From Squalus acanthias (taxonomy: Eukaryota): a DNA stretch of 64,000 nt. Of the stretch, positions 21,244 to 33,690 are shown piece after piece (within the stretch, counting starts at the first letter, position 1; the number at the start of each line of letters is the position of its first letter). The notes below the pieces were generated by a model, which saw only the letters and a list, made by a program, of their open reading frames with translations, had not been told where the DNA came from and made no database searches. The stretch spans positions 99,264,001-99,328,000 of the forward strand of contig CM059432.1 of assembly GCA_030390025.1 (NCBI GenBank). The letters run 5' to 3'. The translations under genes were made by a program, and so were the position numbers.

Positions 21244-23965
21244 TTATGATCGGAAATTGTTGAACTCTATGTTGAGTCTGGAAGGCTGTAAAGTGCCTAA
21301 TCGAAAGATAAGGTGCTGTTCCTCGAGCTTACGCTGAGCTTCCGTGGAACAATGCAAGAGGCCAAAGACAGTGAGGTCTGAGTGGGAGTGGTGCAAAGAA
21401 TTAAAGTGACAGGCGACCGGAAGCTCGGGGTCCCCCTTATGGACTGAACGGAGGTGTTCCATGAAGCGGTTACCCAATCTGCGTTTGGTCTCCCCAATGT
21501 AGAGGAGACCGCATCGTGAGCAGCGAATACAGTATACTAAATTGAAAGAAGTACAAGTAAATCGCTATTTCACCTGGAAGGGGTGTTGGGGGCCCTGGAC
21601 ATTGGGAAGGGGGGAGGTATAAGGGCATGTGTTGCATCTCCTGCGCTTGCACGGGAAGGTGCCGGGCGAAGGGGAAGGGGTGTTGGGGGTGATAGAGAAG
21701 TGGACTAGGGTGTCGCGGAGGGAGCGGTCCCTACGGAATGCTGAAAGGGGAGGTGAGGGGAAGATGCGTTTGGTGGTGGGATCACGCTGTAGGTGGCGGA
21801 AATGGCGGAGGATAATCCGTTGAATGTGGAGGCAGGTGGGGTGAAAGGTGAGGACAAGGGGAACTCTGTCGTGGTTCCGAAGGGAGGGGCAGGGGTGAGG
21901 GCAGAAGTGCGGGAGATAGAACGGACACGGTCAAGGGCCGTGTCAACTACTGTAGAGGGTAATCCTCGGTTGAGGAAAAAGGAAGACATGTCAGAAGCAC
22001 TGGTATGGAAGGTGACATCGTCAGAGCAGATGTGGCGGAGACGGAGAAACTGGGAGAATGGAATAGAGTCCTTACAGGAGGCGGGGTGGGAGGAAGTGTA
22101 GTCCAGCTAGCTGTGGGAGTCAGTGGGTTTGTAGTGAATGTTTGTCAATAACCTATCCCCAGAGATGGAGACGGAGAAGTCGAGGAAGGGAAGGGAAGAG
22201 TCGGAGATGGACCATGTGAAGGTGAGGGAAGGGTGGAAATTGGAGCAAAGTGAATGACATTATCTAGTTCAGGGCGAGAGCAGGAAACAGCACCGATACA
22301 GTCATCAATGTACCGGAAAAATAGGTGAGGAAGGGAACCCGAGTAGGACTGCAACAAAGAGTGTTCCACATATCCCACGAAAAGGCAGGCATAGCTAGGA
22401 CCCATCCGGGTTCCCATCGCAACACCTTTGATTTGGAGGAAGTGAGTGGAGTCAAAGGAGAAGTTGTTCAATGTGAGAACAAGTTCAGCCAGGCGGAGGA
22501 GGGTGATGGTGAATGGGGACTGGTTGGGCCTCTGTTCAAGGAAGAAGCGGAGCACCCTCAGGCCATCCTGGTGGGGGATGGAGGTGTAGAGGGATTGTAT
22601 GTCCATAGTGAAAAGGCGGCGGTTGGGGCCAGGAAACTGGAAACTGTTAAAGTGGCGGAGGGCGTCGGAAGAGTAGCGGATGTAGGTGGGAAGAGACTGG
22701 ACAAGGGGAGAAAAAATAGAGTCGAGATAGGAAGAGATAAGTTCTGTGGGGCAAGAACAGGCTGAAACAATGGGTCTACCAGGGCAGTCCTGTTTGTGGA
22801 TCTTGGGAAGGAGGTAGAAGCGGGCTGTGCGGGGTTGGGGAACTATGAGGTTGGCGGCCGTGGGGGGAAGATCTCCAGAGGAGATGAGGTCAGTGACAGT
22901 CTTGGAAACGGTGGCTTGATGTTCGGTAGTGGGGTCATGGTCCAGGCGGAGGTAGGAAGAGGTGTCAGAGATTTGGCGTTCAGCTTCCACTAGGTAGAGG
23001 TCGGTTCGCCAAACAACAACAGCACCACCCTTGTCAGCAGGTTTAATGACAATGTCGGGGTTGGATCTGAGAGAATGGAGTGCTGCAAGTTCAGAGGGAG
23101 GTAGGTTGGAGTAAGTGAGGGGAGCAGAGAAATGGAGACGGCCATTGTCACACCGGCAGTTTGCAATGAAAATATCTAGAGAGGGTAAGAGGCCAGAGGG
23201 AGGGGCCAAGGTGGAACGACAATTCTGAAAGCGGGAGAAAGGGTCAGCTGTGCGGGGGAAGACTCCTGGCCAAAGAAGTGGGCACGGAGATGAAGGCGGT
23301 GGAAAAAGAGCTCAGCATTGTGCCGAGCTCGAAATTCATTGAGGTGGGGGCGTAAGGGGATGAAGCTCAGGCCTTTGCTAAGGACTGATCGTTCGGGGTC
23401 AGAGAGGGGAAGGTCAGAGGGGATAGTGAAAACGCGGCAGGGGGTGAGATTGGGAGAAGGGATGGGGTCAGAAGAAAGTGAAGGAGAAGAAGGTTCCGGA
23501 GGGGCGTTGGTGTCCAAGAGTTGTTGAAGCTTGCGATCCTTGACACCTGGAAGGAAGAAAAAAAGTTTTTTGTTAAAGCGTCGAATGAGGCGAAGGATGA
23601 AATGGAACTGCGGACCAGGACAGCTTTGAGAGGTCGAGAGTGTTCATGTGGCAGTGCATGGCATTCAGCGTGGATCTCAGGATACCGCAAGAGCAGTGGT
23701 TCGAGGAACGCTGAATATCTTGGAGATATCTGTAGTCCTGGGTGGATCCAAAACACGAAGGGTGGAATTTCAGTTGGAATCCACGTGGAGTAAGTCGGAG
23801 CCGGAGCCAGTTGCTGAGGAAAGATATGTGGTGGTGAAAGCGAGTTTTGGTAGATACCTGATCAAACACGAGAAGGGAGACAGAAAGCAATGAAGATGAA
23901 CAAGGTAAAAGAGACAAACGGAAATCCCGTCGGAGAGAAGAACAGAACTTCTTCAAGGTGGGCAT
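21244..23965 (-). pseudogene. Penelope RT/GIY-YIG endonuclease polyprotein, frameshifted
   Basis: LSKGLSFIP, IKPADKGGAVVV, LPKIHK, GRPIVS, SLYTSIP, GVAMGTRMGPSYA, RYIDD; C-terminal CSRCGLLYIGET..RFMEH..VACHFN..EQHLIFRLGTLQP. Confidence 0.93.
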
Positions 23966-24099
23966 TCTTGAAAGTGAGGTGGCAGTGCATTAAACACTAA
24001 TACAAATAGAAAATACTGCAGATGCTGGAAATCTGAAATAAAAACAGAAAATGCTGGAGAAACTCAGCAGGTCAGGCAGCATCTGTGAAGAGAGAAACA

Positions 24100-24137
24100 G
24101 AGTTAACGTTTCAGGTCGATGACCTTTCATCAGAACT
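24100..24137 (-). ncRNA. Minimal hammerhead ribozyme motif (pLTR copy 2)
   Basis: Minus strand AGTT-CTGATGA-A-AGGTC-ATC-GACCT-GAAA-CGTTAACT. Confidence 0.8.
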
Positions 24138-24535
24138 TGAAAAAAGCAGGAAATGGAACAGATTTTTAAGCAAGTGCAGAGGCTGGGAAAGGGGGGAGGG
24201 GATGAAAGAACAAAAGGGAAGGATAGAAGGCGGAAGAGGTGGGGAGAAGAAAAAAAGACAAAGAGTGTGGATAAAAGAAATATATATATATGATAGGGGC
24301 CGAGGTTATGATCTGAAATTGTTGAACTCTATGTTGAGTCTGGAAGGCTGTAAAGTGCCGAATCGAAAGATGAGGTGCTGTTCCTCGAGCTTACGCTTTC
24401 AGATCATAACCTTGGCCCCTATCATATATATTTTTTATCCACACTCTTTGTCTGTCTTTTTTAGCTTCTCTCCCACATGGCAGCTGTCTTTCATTCTGCC
24501 AATTTACACTTCATCTAGAGCCATCCTGCTTTTTT

Positions 24536-24575
24536 CCAGTTCTGACGAAAGGTCATCGACCTGAAACGTTAACTC
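24536..24575 (+). ncRNA. Minimal hammerhead ribozyme motif (inverted pLTR)
   Basis: CCAGTT-CTGACGA-A-AGGTC-ATC-GACCT-GAAA-CGTTAACTCT on + strand. Confidence 0.8.
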
Positions 24576-26015
24576 TGTTTCTCTTCACAGATGCTACCTG
24601 ACCTGCTGAGTTTCTCCAGCATTTTCTGTTTTTATTTAATAAGCGACCTCCCTATTCTTCCTACCAAAATGTAATACCTCACATTTATCTGTGTTGAACT
24701 TCATTTGCCAATTATATGCTCATTCTGTAAGTTTATTAATGTTCTCCTGTAATTTGTTGCTGTCCTCCTCAGTATTGACTATCTCCCCTAATTTAGTGTC
24801 ATCTGCAAATTTAGAAATTGTGTTTTTGATTCCTAAGTCTAAATCGTTAATGTAAATTGTGAACAGCAATTTTCAGTGTCAGAGAGGTCGATTGGCAGTA
24901 ATTAACAATTATCAAATCGTTAAAAGGATACTTAGACTTGAAATGAGAGGACTAAACTTTAGTGAGTTTAGTTCGTATCCTGCGTAAATTCAGCAACTTC
25001 AGCTATTCAATGTATTTCAACAGTGAGGCTGACAGCGAGATGCCATTTTCGCGAAGTTAACAGTAGAGCAGTGCAACTCGGAAAACTATTTTTGGATATT
25101 TGCACTTAACAGCGCATCTGCCTCTCATCTGAAGTTGCTGTACCATTTGTGCATAAATAGCAGCGAGAGCCATTAGCATCACCGTTATTTTGACAGCAAA
25201 ATCTGGCCCAATGTTTTGTAAACAAGTCTGAAATCTAGTAGTCTTAAACATCTGATATCTGAAGGTTCAGTATGAAGAATGTGTTAGCATGTTTGGTGAT
25301 CAATTCCTGAGCATACATCCAATATCTGCTTGGCTGAGGTGTGAGAGTGAGAATTGCTGAGAAATTCTTGGTGGACTGTTGAAAGCAAAATCCGTGGTGC
25401 CAGCTCATTATAATGATTGGAGCGCTGAGCTCAGCACTAAACGAGCTGCTGTTTGGCTCAGTGCTCAACGGGGGGGCCAGGATCGGGTACAGTCCGCTGG
25501 CCAATAAAATTTTGGCAAGGCTCTCTGCACTTCTGAAAGGGGAGGTGCTTTTTTGCAGAAGCACCTAACTGTCACTGTGGCTGTAGCAGTGTCGCAACAG
25601 GGAAGAGAAAGGTCATCTCGCTTCTCAGATGCAGCACTAGAGGCCTTGGTCCAGTGGGTATAAAGAAAAAGACAAGGTCCTCTACACACAGGGGGGCAGG
25701 AGGCCTTTGAGACAGAACGCCAAAAGGCTGTGGGAGGAGATAGCCCAAGCCGTCAGTGCCACCGGTGTTGCCCCCAGGACCTGGACCCAGTGCCGCAAGA
25801 AGTTTAAAGAATTGACACGAGTGGTCAAGGTCAGTGAATGCATCTACAAATGCTATATCCCACCAACTGCACCACTAGCCTCACACATTGCTCAATGCAC
25901 CACAACTCCCATCACTCACCTATCAACATTCTCTAACAATCACAACTCATACCTCACAATCATAGTTTCACCTCACCCTCACACACTTACCACTGCTGCA
26001 AACCTCACACCCACA

Positions 26016-27709
26016 TGTAATGTTTCCAAAATTTTGCAGATCCCCAACCTAAGGAAAAAGGACTTTGGAACTACCTCAGAGTGATAAAAATGCATTTGGG
26101 CCTAACCTAAGGAATTTAAGACCAAAAAACATGTTTTGGCATTTTAAAACTATGTCTGGGCCTGTAAAGGGAGAAAAGGCTGTGAAGGAAGGTGGGCTCA
26201 ACCTCTGTAAAAGCAGTTTTGGTTATTGCAGTTAATTGCACTGTCTGGGGAACCGGGATGACCCTACTCAAGCCCCAGCAGGCATTAACATTTTGACAAT
26301 AGACCCTGGGAGAAGACAGTCCCACCCAAAATAACAGGCCCCATCAAACCGATTACAGGGCCCATCAGGAAACATGCATAATACAAATCACCCAGGACCA
26401 TTCTTTAGAAAAGACTGAGTCCAGCCTAGAAACCCAAAACACGAAACCAATCAGAAGTGATCAGCCAAGGAGATCGACAGGATGCAAACCATCCCAAAAC
26501 CCATTTGACACTAACAGGGCAGTTACTGGTTACAGGCCCGCCAAAATTCAGACAATGAACTGAGTAGATTTGGCGGGTAGATAAGGCCATGTTCAATGGG
26601 CGAGATTGAAGGCCTGTTAAAAACCCCAGTTAACATGCTAGTAAGTCGTTACCGATTTACGAGCCCGCCAAAACCCAGACAATGAACTGAGTAGATTTGG
26701 CGGGTAGATAAGGCCACTTCAATTTGGTATAATTGAAGACCCATCAAGCAGTTCAACGCACACAACAGTTCAAAGTTGGAGTCGAGCAGTCAGTCGCAAC
26801 CGGTGGTCATCAGAAGAAGAAGAAACCAGGAAGAAGAAAACCCGAGCTGGAAGTGAGTCGGCATCGCTCACCACTCAGACACACCTGAGTCCAGCTCGCA
26901 AAGATACCACCTCGACGGACCTCCAACAACGGCCCCAACACAGTCACCCGGAGCAATAAGCAGCAACAAGTCACCGACAGCTCCACGAGGTCGACCGACA
27001 CACTAAACAGGCCTAAAGCCATCACGGAAACCAAAGGCCTCATGAAACCAACAACCGCGCATTACCCCAACTGACCGGGTAATAGCAGGCCACCGCGACC
27101 AACAAAGACCAACTCAAGGGAAGAAAACCCGAAGAACTGAAAAGTTTCCACACTACCAACTATTCCTGACTTACCCCTGGGTAAGATTTTCCCAAAGACT
27201 CTAAGCCCTACTGCTAAACCAAAGAAATTGGGTACTCACCAGATAAATCCAAAACGACATCATACCGCATCAGCGGACTCGCGAAGACTGACCAGAGACT
27301 CAGGTGAAGTCCTCTACCGCGTGCGGGGTACGGCAGACACTAACCGCCATAAACAGCGAACCCCATAACTGCGATTTAGCCCAACTGTCAAAGGATTGGT
27401 GAGCATTATCCTTGGTCCTTCAAAACCTAACTTAGCTAGTAAAGTGGGGTTGGGAGGGGTGAAGTATTGTTCTACTGTCATTTCCCTCGCTTGTACCGAA
27501 GTGTTCCCCACCTTTAGAGTGTTAAGAGTGTTGTTATTTGTGTCTTACCTTTTAATAAAGATTGAAGTTTTTTCATCAAACTCAGTTGTCTGCTGCACCT
27601 TTGTATCACAACCCCCAAATAAGTCCAAGGTCTAGAACCAAGGGAATGGGAGTGATTCGAACCGCTCAGAAGTCAGAGGCAAAGCTGACACAAATCACCA
27701 CCCCCTACA
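26016..27709 (+). mobile_element. Long solo-LTR-like insertion (~1.7 kb)
   Basis: TGTA..TACA ends, internal ~55-bp duplicated block (~26535 and ~26663), AATAAA ~27554, and a 3' hairpin shared with other LTRs here; no clean TSD seen. Confidence 0.6.
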
Positions 27710-27769
27710 GAAATCTCATGCCTTGCACACAATGTCAGCTATTCAACAATGACAGGCACATCACTTGTG

Positions 27770-28920
27770 CTACGCAAGAGGTTATTGAACAAAATTACGG
27801 CTCATGGGATTAGGGGTAATATACTAGCATGGATTGAGGATTGGTTAACGGACAGAAAACAGAGAGTAGGAATAAACAGGTCATTTTCGGGTTGGCTGGC
27901 TGTAACTAGTGGGGTACCGCAAGGATCAGTGCTTGGGCCTCAGCTATTCACAATCTATCAATTATTTGGATGAGGGGACCAAATGTAATTAACCCAAGTT
28001 TGCAGATGATACAAAGCTGGGTGGAAATGTAAGTTGTGTGGAGGATGCAAGGAGGCTTCGAGGGGATATAGCTAAGTGAGTGGGCAAGAACATGGCAAAT
28101 GGAATTTAATGTGGAGAAATGTGAAGTTATCCACTTTGGTAGGAAAAATAGAAAAGCAGACTATTTTTTAAATGGTGAGGGATTAGGAAATGTTGGTGTT
28201 CAGAGGGAGCTGGGTGTCCTTGTAAATGAATCACTGAAAGTTAACATACAGGTACAGCAAGCAATTGGGAAAGCAAATGGTATGTTGGCCTTTATTACTG
28301 GAGGATTTGAGTATAAGAGTAAAGACGTCTTACTGCAATTATATAGGGCCCTGGTGAGACCACACCTGGAGTACTGTGTGCAGTTTTGGTCTCCTTACCT
28401 AAGAAAGGATATACTTGCCATAGAGGAAGTGCAACAAAGGTTCACCAAACTGGTTCCTGGGATGGGGGGATTGTCCTATAAGGAGAGATTGAGTAGACTA
28501 GGCCTATATTCTCTAGAGTTTAGGAGAATGAGAGGGGATCTCATTGAAACATACAAAATTCTTACAGGGCTTGACAGGGTAGATGCAGGGAGGATGTTTC
28601 CCCTGGCTGGGGAGTCTAGAACCAGGGGACACAGTCTCAGAATAAGGGGTCGGCCATTTAGGACTAAGATGAGGAGAAATTTCTTCACTCAGAGGGTGGT
28701 GAATCTTTGCAATTTTCTAGCCTAGAGGACTGTGGAGGCTCAGTCGTTGAGTATATTCAAGACAAAGATCGATAGATTTTTGAATATTAAGGGAATCAAG
28801 GGATATGGGGATAGTGCAGGAAAGTGGAGATGAGGTAGAAAATCAGCCATGGTCTTATTGAAGAAGCTTGAAGGGCCAAATGGCCTTCTCCTGCTCCTAT
28901 TTCTTATGTTCTTATGTTCT
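27770..28920 (+). mobile_element. CR1 LINE 3' fragment
   Basis: SGVPQGSVLGPQLF, FADD, KCEVIHFG, RPHLEYCVQFWSP; tail (ttcttatg)n. Confidence 0.92.
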
Positions 28921-31007
28921 CAAACATGTTGCACCACACTCACTGACACACTTCCCTTTTTCTTGCAGGCCAAGGTGGCTCACAACTGGTGTAAGCAGCA
29001 GCAGACAGGTGGGGATGAAGCACGTCTGCATAACCTTAATGCGCTTGAGGAGACAGTGCTGCAGATAATTGGGGGACCATCACTTAGGCCGTGGCGAGCG
29101 GTGAGGTTGAAAGCATTGCTGATAATGGTATGCTCATACCTAATCCTTCTTCTAACATCCTACTTCCTCCTCATCGCACAATCTCTTCTCACTTACAAGC
29201 TGCTGTAGGCTTGCACATCTTGCTGTCTTCCCTCCCCTCACCATAACCCAATCCTTGTGCCTTTCTCCTTTCAGATACCCAAGAAGTGCCAGCAGCCCAG
29301 CCAGTGCACAAACAGGAGGAGAGTAATGGAGGAGGAGAGTGATGGAGAAGAAGAGGCACCATGACTCGATCTGACACTCCCAGGTACCAGCTCAGAAAAT
29401 GGTACTGCAAAAATTTTAGAGGTTAATATAGGGGCGGTATCTGTACGTGGTGAGTCACCGGGCATGAGTGGGCTGCAGCCAGGCTGGGGGAAAGGGTAGT
29501 TCAGGTGCCAGCTTTCCGGAGGGCGAGTTTGCATTCTAGTTCTGCTGCACAGCACACAAGTAGGACTTTGATGGGGCTGCCTCGGGTTCGATATGGTGGC
29601 TGGAAGATTGTTGGCACACCAGACTGGCACAGAATGAAGGAATCATGACTGCTGCCAGGATACCGGGCATTCACCGTCATGATGTGCTGGACGTGGTCAC
29701 ACACTAACTGTACAATTAGTGAATGGTAGCCTTTGCAGTTGCGGCACATCTTAGGATTGATATGTGGCGCTCGCAAAGCCACGTGTGTGCAGTTGATGGC
29801 GCCCTGCACCGTGAGGAAGCTCGATATCCTGGCAAAGCCACATGCGTGCTCCGCCTGCTTCGCTCTGTTTAGAGAGAAGACAATGAATTCCTTTCTCCTG
29901 GAGTGCAGAGCCCCTGTGACCTCGCGGATGCAGCGATGGACGGCAAACTGGGAGATATTAGTTATGTCGCCTGCTTCAGACTGGAAGGATCAGGTGGTGA
30001 GAAATTTCAGGACCACGGTCACCTTGAGTGCCACTGGCAGCAACATCATCACTCTGCTCTGAGGCTGCAGGCCTGGTTCCAAGAGGTGGCAGAGTTCTTT
30101 GATCACCTCCTTGGTGAAACGGAGCCTCCAAATACACTTCGTCTGGCATAAGTGCAGGTAGGAGGAGTGCTCTCGGAAGACCCTAGGTGGGTAAGGCCTC
30201 CTGCAGAGAGCACTTCTCCCCCTCCTCCTTCTCCCTCTGCGAGCAGCTTGACCTCTTCTTTGCTGCCTCTGCTCCATCTCCCTGTCATGCCAGTGGGACT
30301 GCAAGTAGAGCCCCCATGACTGGGAGCAAGTGGTCTGACAGAACCCTTGAGTTCAGAACCAAGGCCTTCTCCACTTTCAGCACCACTCCCTGTCACCTCA
30401 CCAACTCTAAATAACTGTAGAAAGCTCCAAACACTTCCACAAACTTATGCAGAGCCAGTAGAAATCAAAAAGCAAGTTACCAGAAAGTTGTTGATGATCC
30501 ATTTAAGTATCGCTGGTGGGGGTCCCTCTTTCAGCTCGTTGCACGCTGATTGATGTCACGATCTGCCTCATTTGCATTCTTCTGTCGAACGCAGGCAACA
30601 GCCGCACTGCCAGCTTGCCCAAAATGGCGATCACCACGGGCTGCATGAGAAGTGGCCTGAAGTGAGCTGCCCGCCATTTTTCTGCTGAAACTGGCCTTAC
30701 ATACCAGCGCCTCATAATTAGCAAGTATCTCTGATTCAGGGCAGCTTAATGCATGATTCTGAAAAGTTTTAGCCAGAATATGCAACGTGGGAATCTTAAT
30801 ATTGTATTTACTTTATTAAGAAGTGGGAAGTAAAGATAATATGGGTAGTTCTGTGATCCTGCGCTCCCACTGGGGAGCTGCATTCAATGGAAGCACGGAT
30901 GGATCAGGCTGCGATCACCCCTAATGTACCCACTAATCTTCTTGTGGAGTTACAGCAGGGAAGCTTTTTGATATTTCAAAAACACAATTTCTAAATTCAA
31001 AAACACA

Positions 31008-33690
31008 GGGGATAAATTTTCAGGGGGTCAGTGGATGCGTTTGGTGGCGGGTCCACTGGGAATTTTTTTTTTTCACAGCGGGTAGGGAACCCGCTGTCAA
31101 CCCGCCTCCACGCTAGTCTCCCAGATGTCGGGTCTGTCATCGCTGAACAGATCCGACACCAAGCGGTGGAGAGGCAATTTACATCATTAGATAGATTGTT
31201 ATGAGGCAATTAACAAGTACTTTAAGCTCACCTTTAGATTTTTAGGGGTAAAAATTCAGTTGGTTGCGCCTCCCGTTAGCGCCTTAAGAGGGCGCTAATG
31301 GGGCGCAAAGTCGCTAACGCCCGGGCGCAGCGATGTTTGCGCCGCTCGAGAACTTAACTTGAGATTGTGCGGCGGCGCTAAAACTTACCGCTGCGACCAC
31401 CTGCGCGCGCAGATTGTGACGTCATTCCATGGTGCAACGCCCTTGTGGCGCCCCGGAGCGGAAATTGAGTGGCGCCCCCTGCCTTACCGCCTGGCGCATC
31501 CAACGACCAGAAGACTGGAACGCTATCAATCGCTGTGGGGCTGGGGGTGGCGCTATTTAAAGGGGGCCTCTTCCTGTCTTTTATAGTTGGTGGCATTTTT
31601 GAACGATGCATTCTGAGAGAGAGAGGGAGAGACTTCTGGAGAGATTCAACGTTGTGTGAAGGAGTTTTGGGTACTGAGCAGCACTTTGCAGGTTCATTTT
31701 GATTTGCCATTCCTTGTATCGATTTAGCAGAGACTGTGGGAGCTGCACTCTGAGCTCTTTGCCTGGTACTCTCCATTGTTCTTTCCAGCACATTTGATGT
31801 GCAAGTCTCTCCAGGCCGAGATTCAAGGCTGCAATGAACAGGATGTGGATGGAAAGCAAGATTAACCATCGCCTTTAAGAACTGGCCCGTGCCATTGTGT
31901 GTGTGTTCCATTGCTGACTGACATTACATGAGCTTCGCCAGCGCTCTGAGTTAGCGCCTCACTCCTTGGCCTTTGCGCCTTAAGACAGGTGTGCAGCGCC
32001 TGCTTTAGCGCTCCACTCACCTCCTGGGGCGGTAAAAGTGAAGTTTCCAGTCAGTGCTGATAATTAGCGCCAGGCGCTAATATTTGCGTCCAGACGATAT
32101 TTGCGCCCCAAATGGGGCGCGACCTAATTTCTACCCCTTAGAGTTCGCCAACAGCTTCCCCGCTGCTCGGGGATCACGTCAGGTAAGAAGGTCGGGAGTT
32201 GTGTCAGCATAGGATGATTTCTTTACTTGACAGCTGCAAATGGTCGATAAAAGCTCCCATTTCATAGGTGTTCACTTTCTAAGGTGAGAAGGTGTTGCTT
32301 ACTGCATTTGGAAGAAAGATTGAGCTTTATGCAGGTTGCAAGTGTTTGGAGCAAACTTTCTATCCGGTGTTACCTCATTGGAACAACATCTCTCACCATT
32401 GACAGATTGCTTCTGTCATCTCAACCTCAACTGCCATCTATTCCATCAGCATCGTTTCCCTTGAAACTATCTCAACTTCGTCCTCAGAATCCCACCATGA
32501 TCAGCCCCAACACCAGCAGCTCCAGGCACACCAGCAGCACCAACAACAACACCAACCTCCTCCGCAATCAACTGATGCTGCACAGGACACAGGACATCAG
32601 CACCCAACCACATTGCTGCCTGGAATGCCAGGGATGGCCTCACCAGAGCCAGATTTATTTCACTTGATGCTGTACACCCTGGCTGCCACATGATGCACCA
32701 GGTTGGCACCACCCCCCACCAACACCATAAAGCATCCCTACAATGCCCAAGCCATTCCTTTCACATTCATCACAATTGCGGGGGGTAGCGTTATGTCTCA
32801 CCATTCACTGCAACTCACTAAGCCACTTCCAAAGGTGCACACAAATCTGTCCAAGAAAGCAAAGTATTGAAAATAAAGATTTCAATGTTTGACAACACAT
32901 TAACAGAAACTTCACATGAACATTGGCAAAAACACCCAAGTTCCTACCCTTGTGTGTTGTTAGTTGGTATGATTGCACTAGGATGCGCGTGAGTGTGAGG
33001 GGTGGCGATTGAGATGGGGGAAGTGATAATGTAGATAGAGAGGGATGGGTGGAAGTGTAAGGTAAGTTGGTGTGAGTAAGGATGTGCAGGAGTAGGGTAG
33101 GGAAGGCAGAGTGATGGGGATGTGATGAGTGGCACAGCAGAATGAGGTTGATTGAGGCTTTGCAGTAACGTTTTGTGATCTACTGAGATCAATGAAATGT
33201 TTGTGCCACTGCAGCCTGGTCCTCCTGATGACATCCCTGCTTGTTTCCTCCTGTGCAATGTGCAACCAGGCTGCGTTGATCTCCTAGGGAGGTCTCTTCT
33301 ACCCATGGGAAGGGAAGAGAAGCTCCCTGCGTGCTGTGACTCTCTCTATAAGCATATGGAGGGAGTCATGGGATAGCCTGGGTGCAGCCGTGCACCTCTG
33401 TGCAGTGATTGTCAGTGTTTGCAGCACCTCAATGCTGTAGAACATTGACAGCACAACTGTCAAAAATCATTTGCGAATGGTCCCTTTAAGGAAACCGGCT
33501 GATGACACGTATTCAAGTGACATCATCAGACCCGCTTCCTTTAATTGGCCGGGAAATGTGCTGGGCAGGCTTAACAAGCCCAATTAGTGTAAAATTAATT
33601 TCACAGAGTGGGATGGAGCCAGCAGCATGTTCGCACCCCGCCACCGACCCCGGCCGCACCGGATCCACCTCGGTAGGTGAATTCGCGGCC
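31008..33690 (+). mobile_element. Internally deleted PIF/Harbinger element (family H4)
   Basis: GC-rich subterminal regions, flanks ACA/ACA, Gln-rich transposase-start remnant on + (~32430-32640), and a decayed Myb exon on - (~33170-33400: TAAPRLSHDSLHMLIERVTARRELLFP). Confidence 0.65.
31245..32137. mobile_element. MITE derived from family H2 (reverse orientation), nested in H4
   Basis: TIR GGGGTAAAAATT / AATTTCTACCCC, TSD TTA; arms match both ends of 15516-19567. Confidence 0.9.

Larger units (their letters stand above)
20801..24636 (-). mobile_element. Penelope-like retroelement with direct and inverted pseudo-LTRs
   Basis: 20802-~21336 is repeated at 24001-24396 and partly inverted at 24397-24636; 14-bp flanking duplication TAATAAGYGACCTC; RT plus GIY-YIG ORF. 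Confidence 0.93.
20029..24867 (-). mobile_element. CR1 LINE 3' fragment, split by Penelope (20029-20800, 24637-24867)
   Basis: VRPHLEYCVQFW, RLRGDL, RRNFFTQRVV..WNSLP; microsatellite-like tail (cataggatta)n. Confidence 0.92.
19589..25209. mobile_element. MITE split by nested CR1 and Penelope (arms 19589-~20028 and ~24868-25209)
   Basis: TIR-like ends ..GATTTTGCTG / CAGCAAAATCTGGCCC, TSD AAT; the joined arms match the uninterrupted copy at 58450-59150 in reverse orientation. Confidence 0.82.
25280..30775 (-). mobile_element. Degraded PIF/Harbinger element (family H3) with two insertions in ORF2 intron 1; ends approximate
   Basis: Myb exon 1 on + ~25590-25829 (RFSDAALEALV..WEEIA..RTWTQCRKKFKEL|gtcagt), exon 2 from 28969 (AKVAHN..QTGG), exon 3 start ~29276; transposase remnant on - at ~29590-30320 (LRFTKEVI.ELC, GAINCTH, PGSSHDSF). 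TIRs not resolved. Confidence 0.8.
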
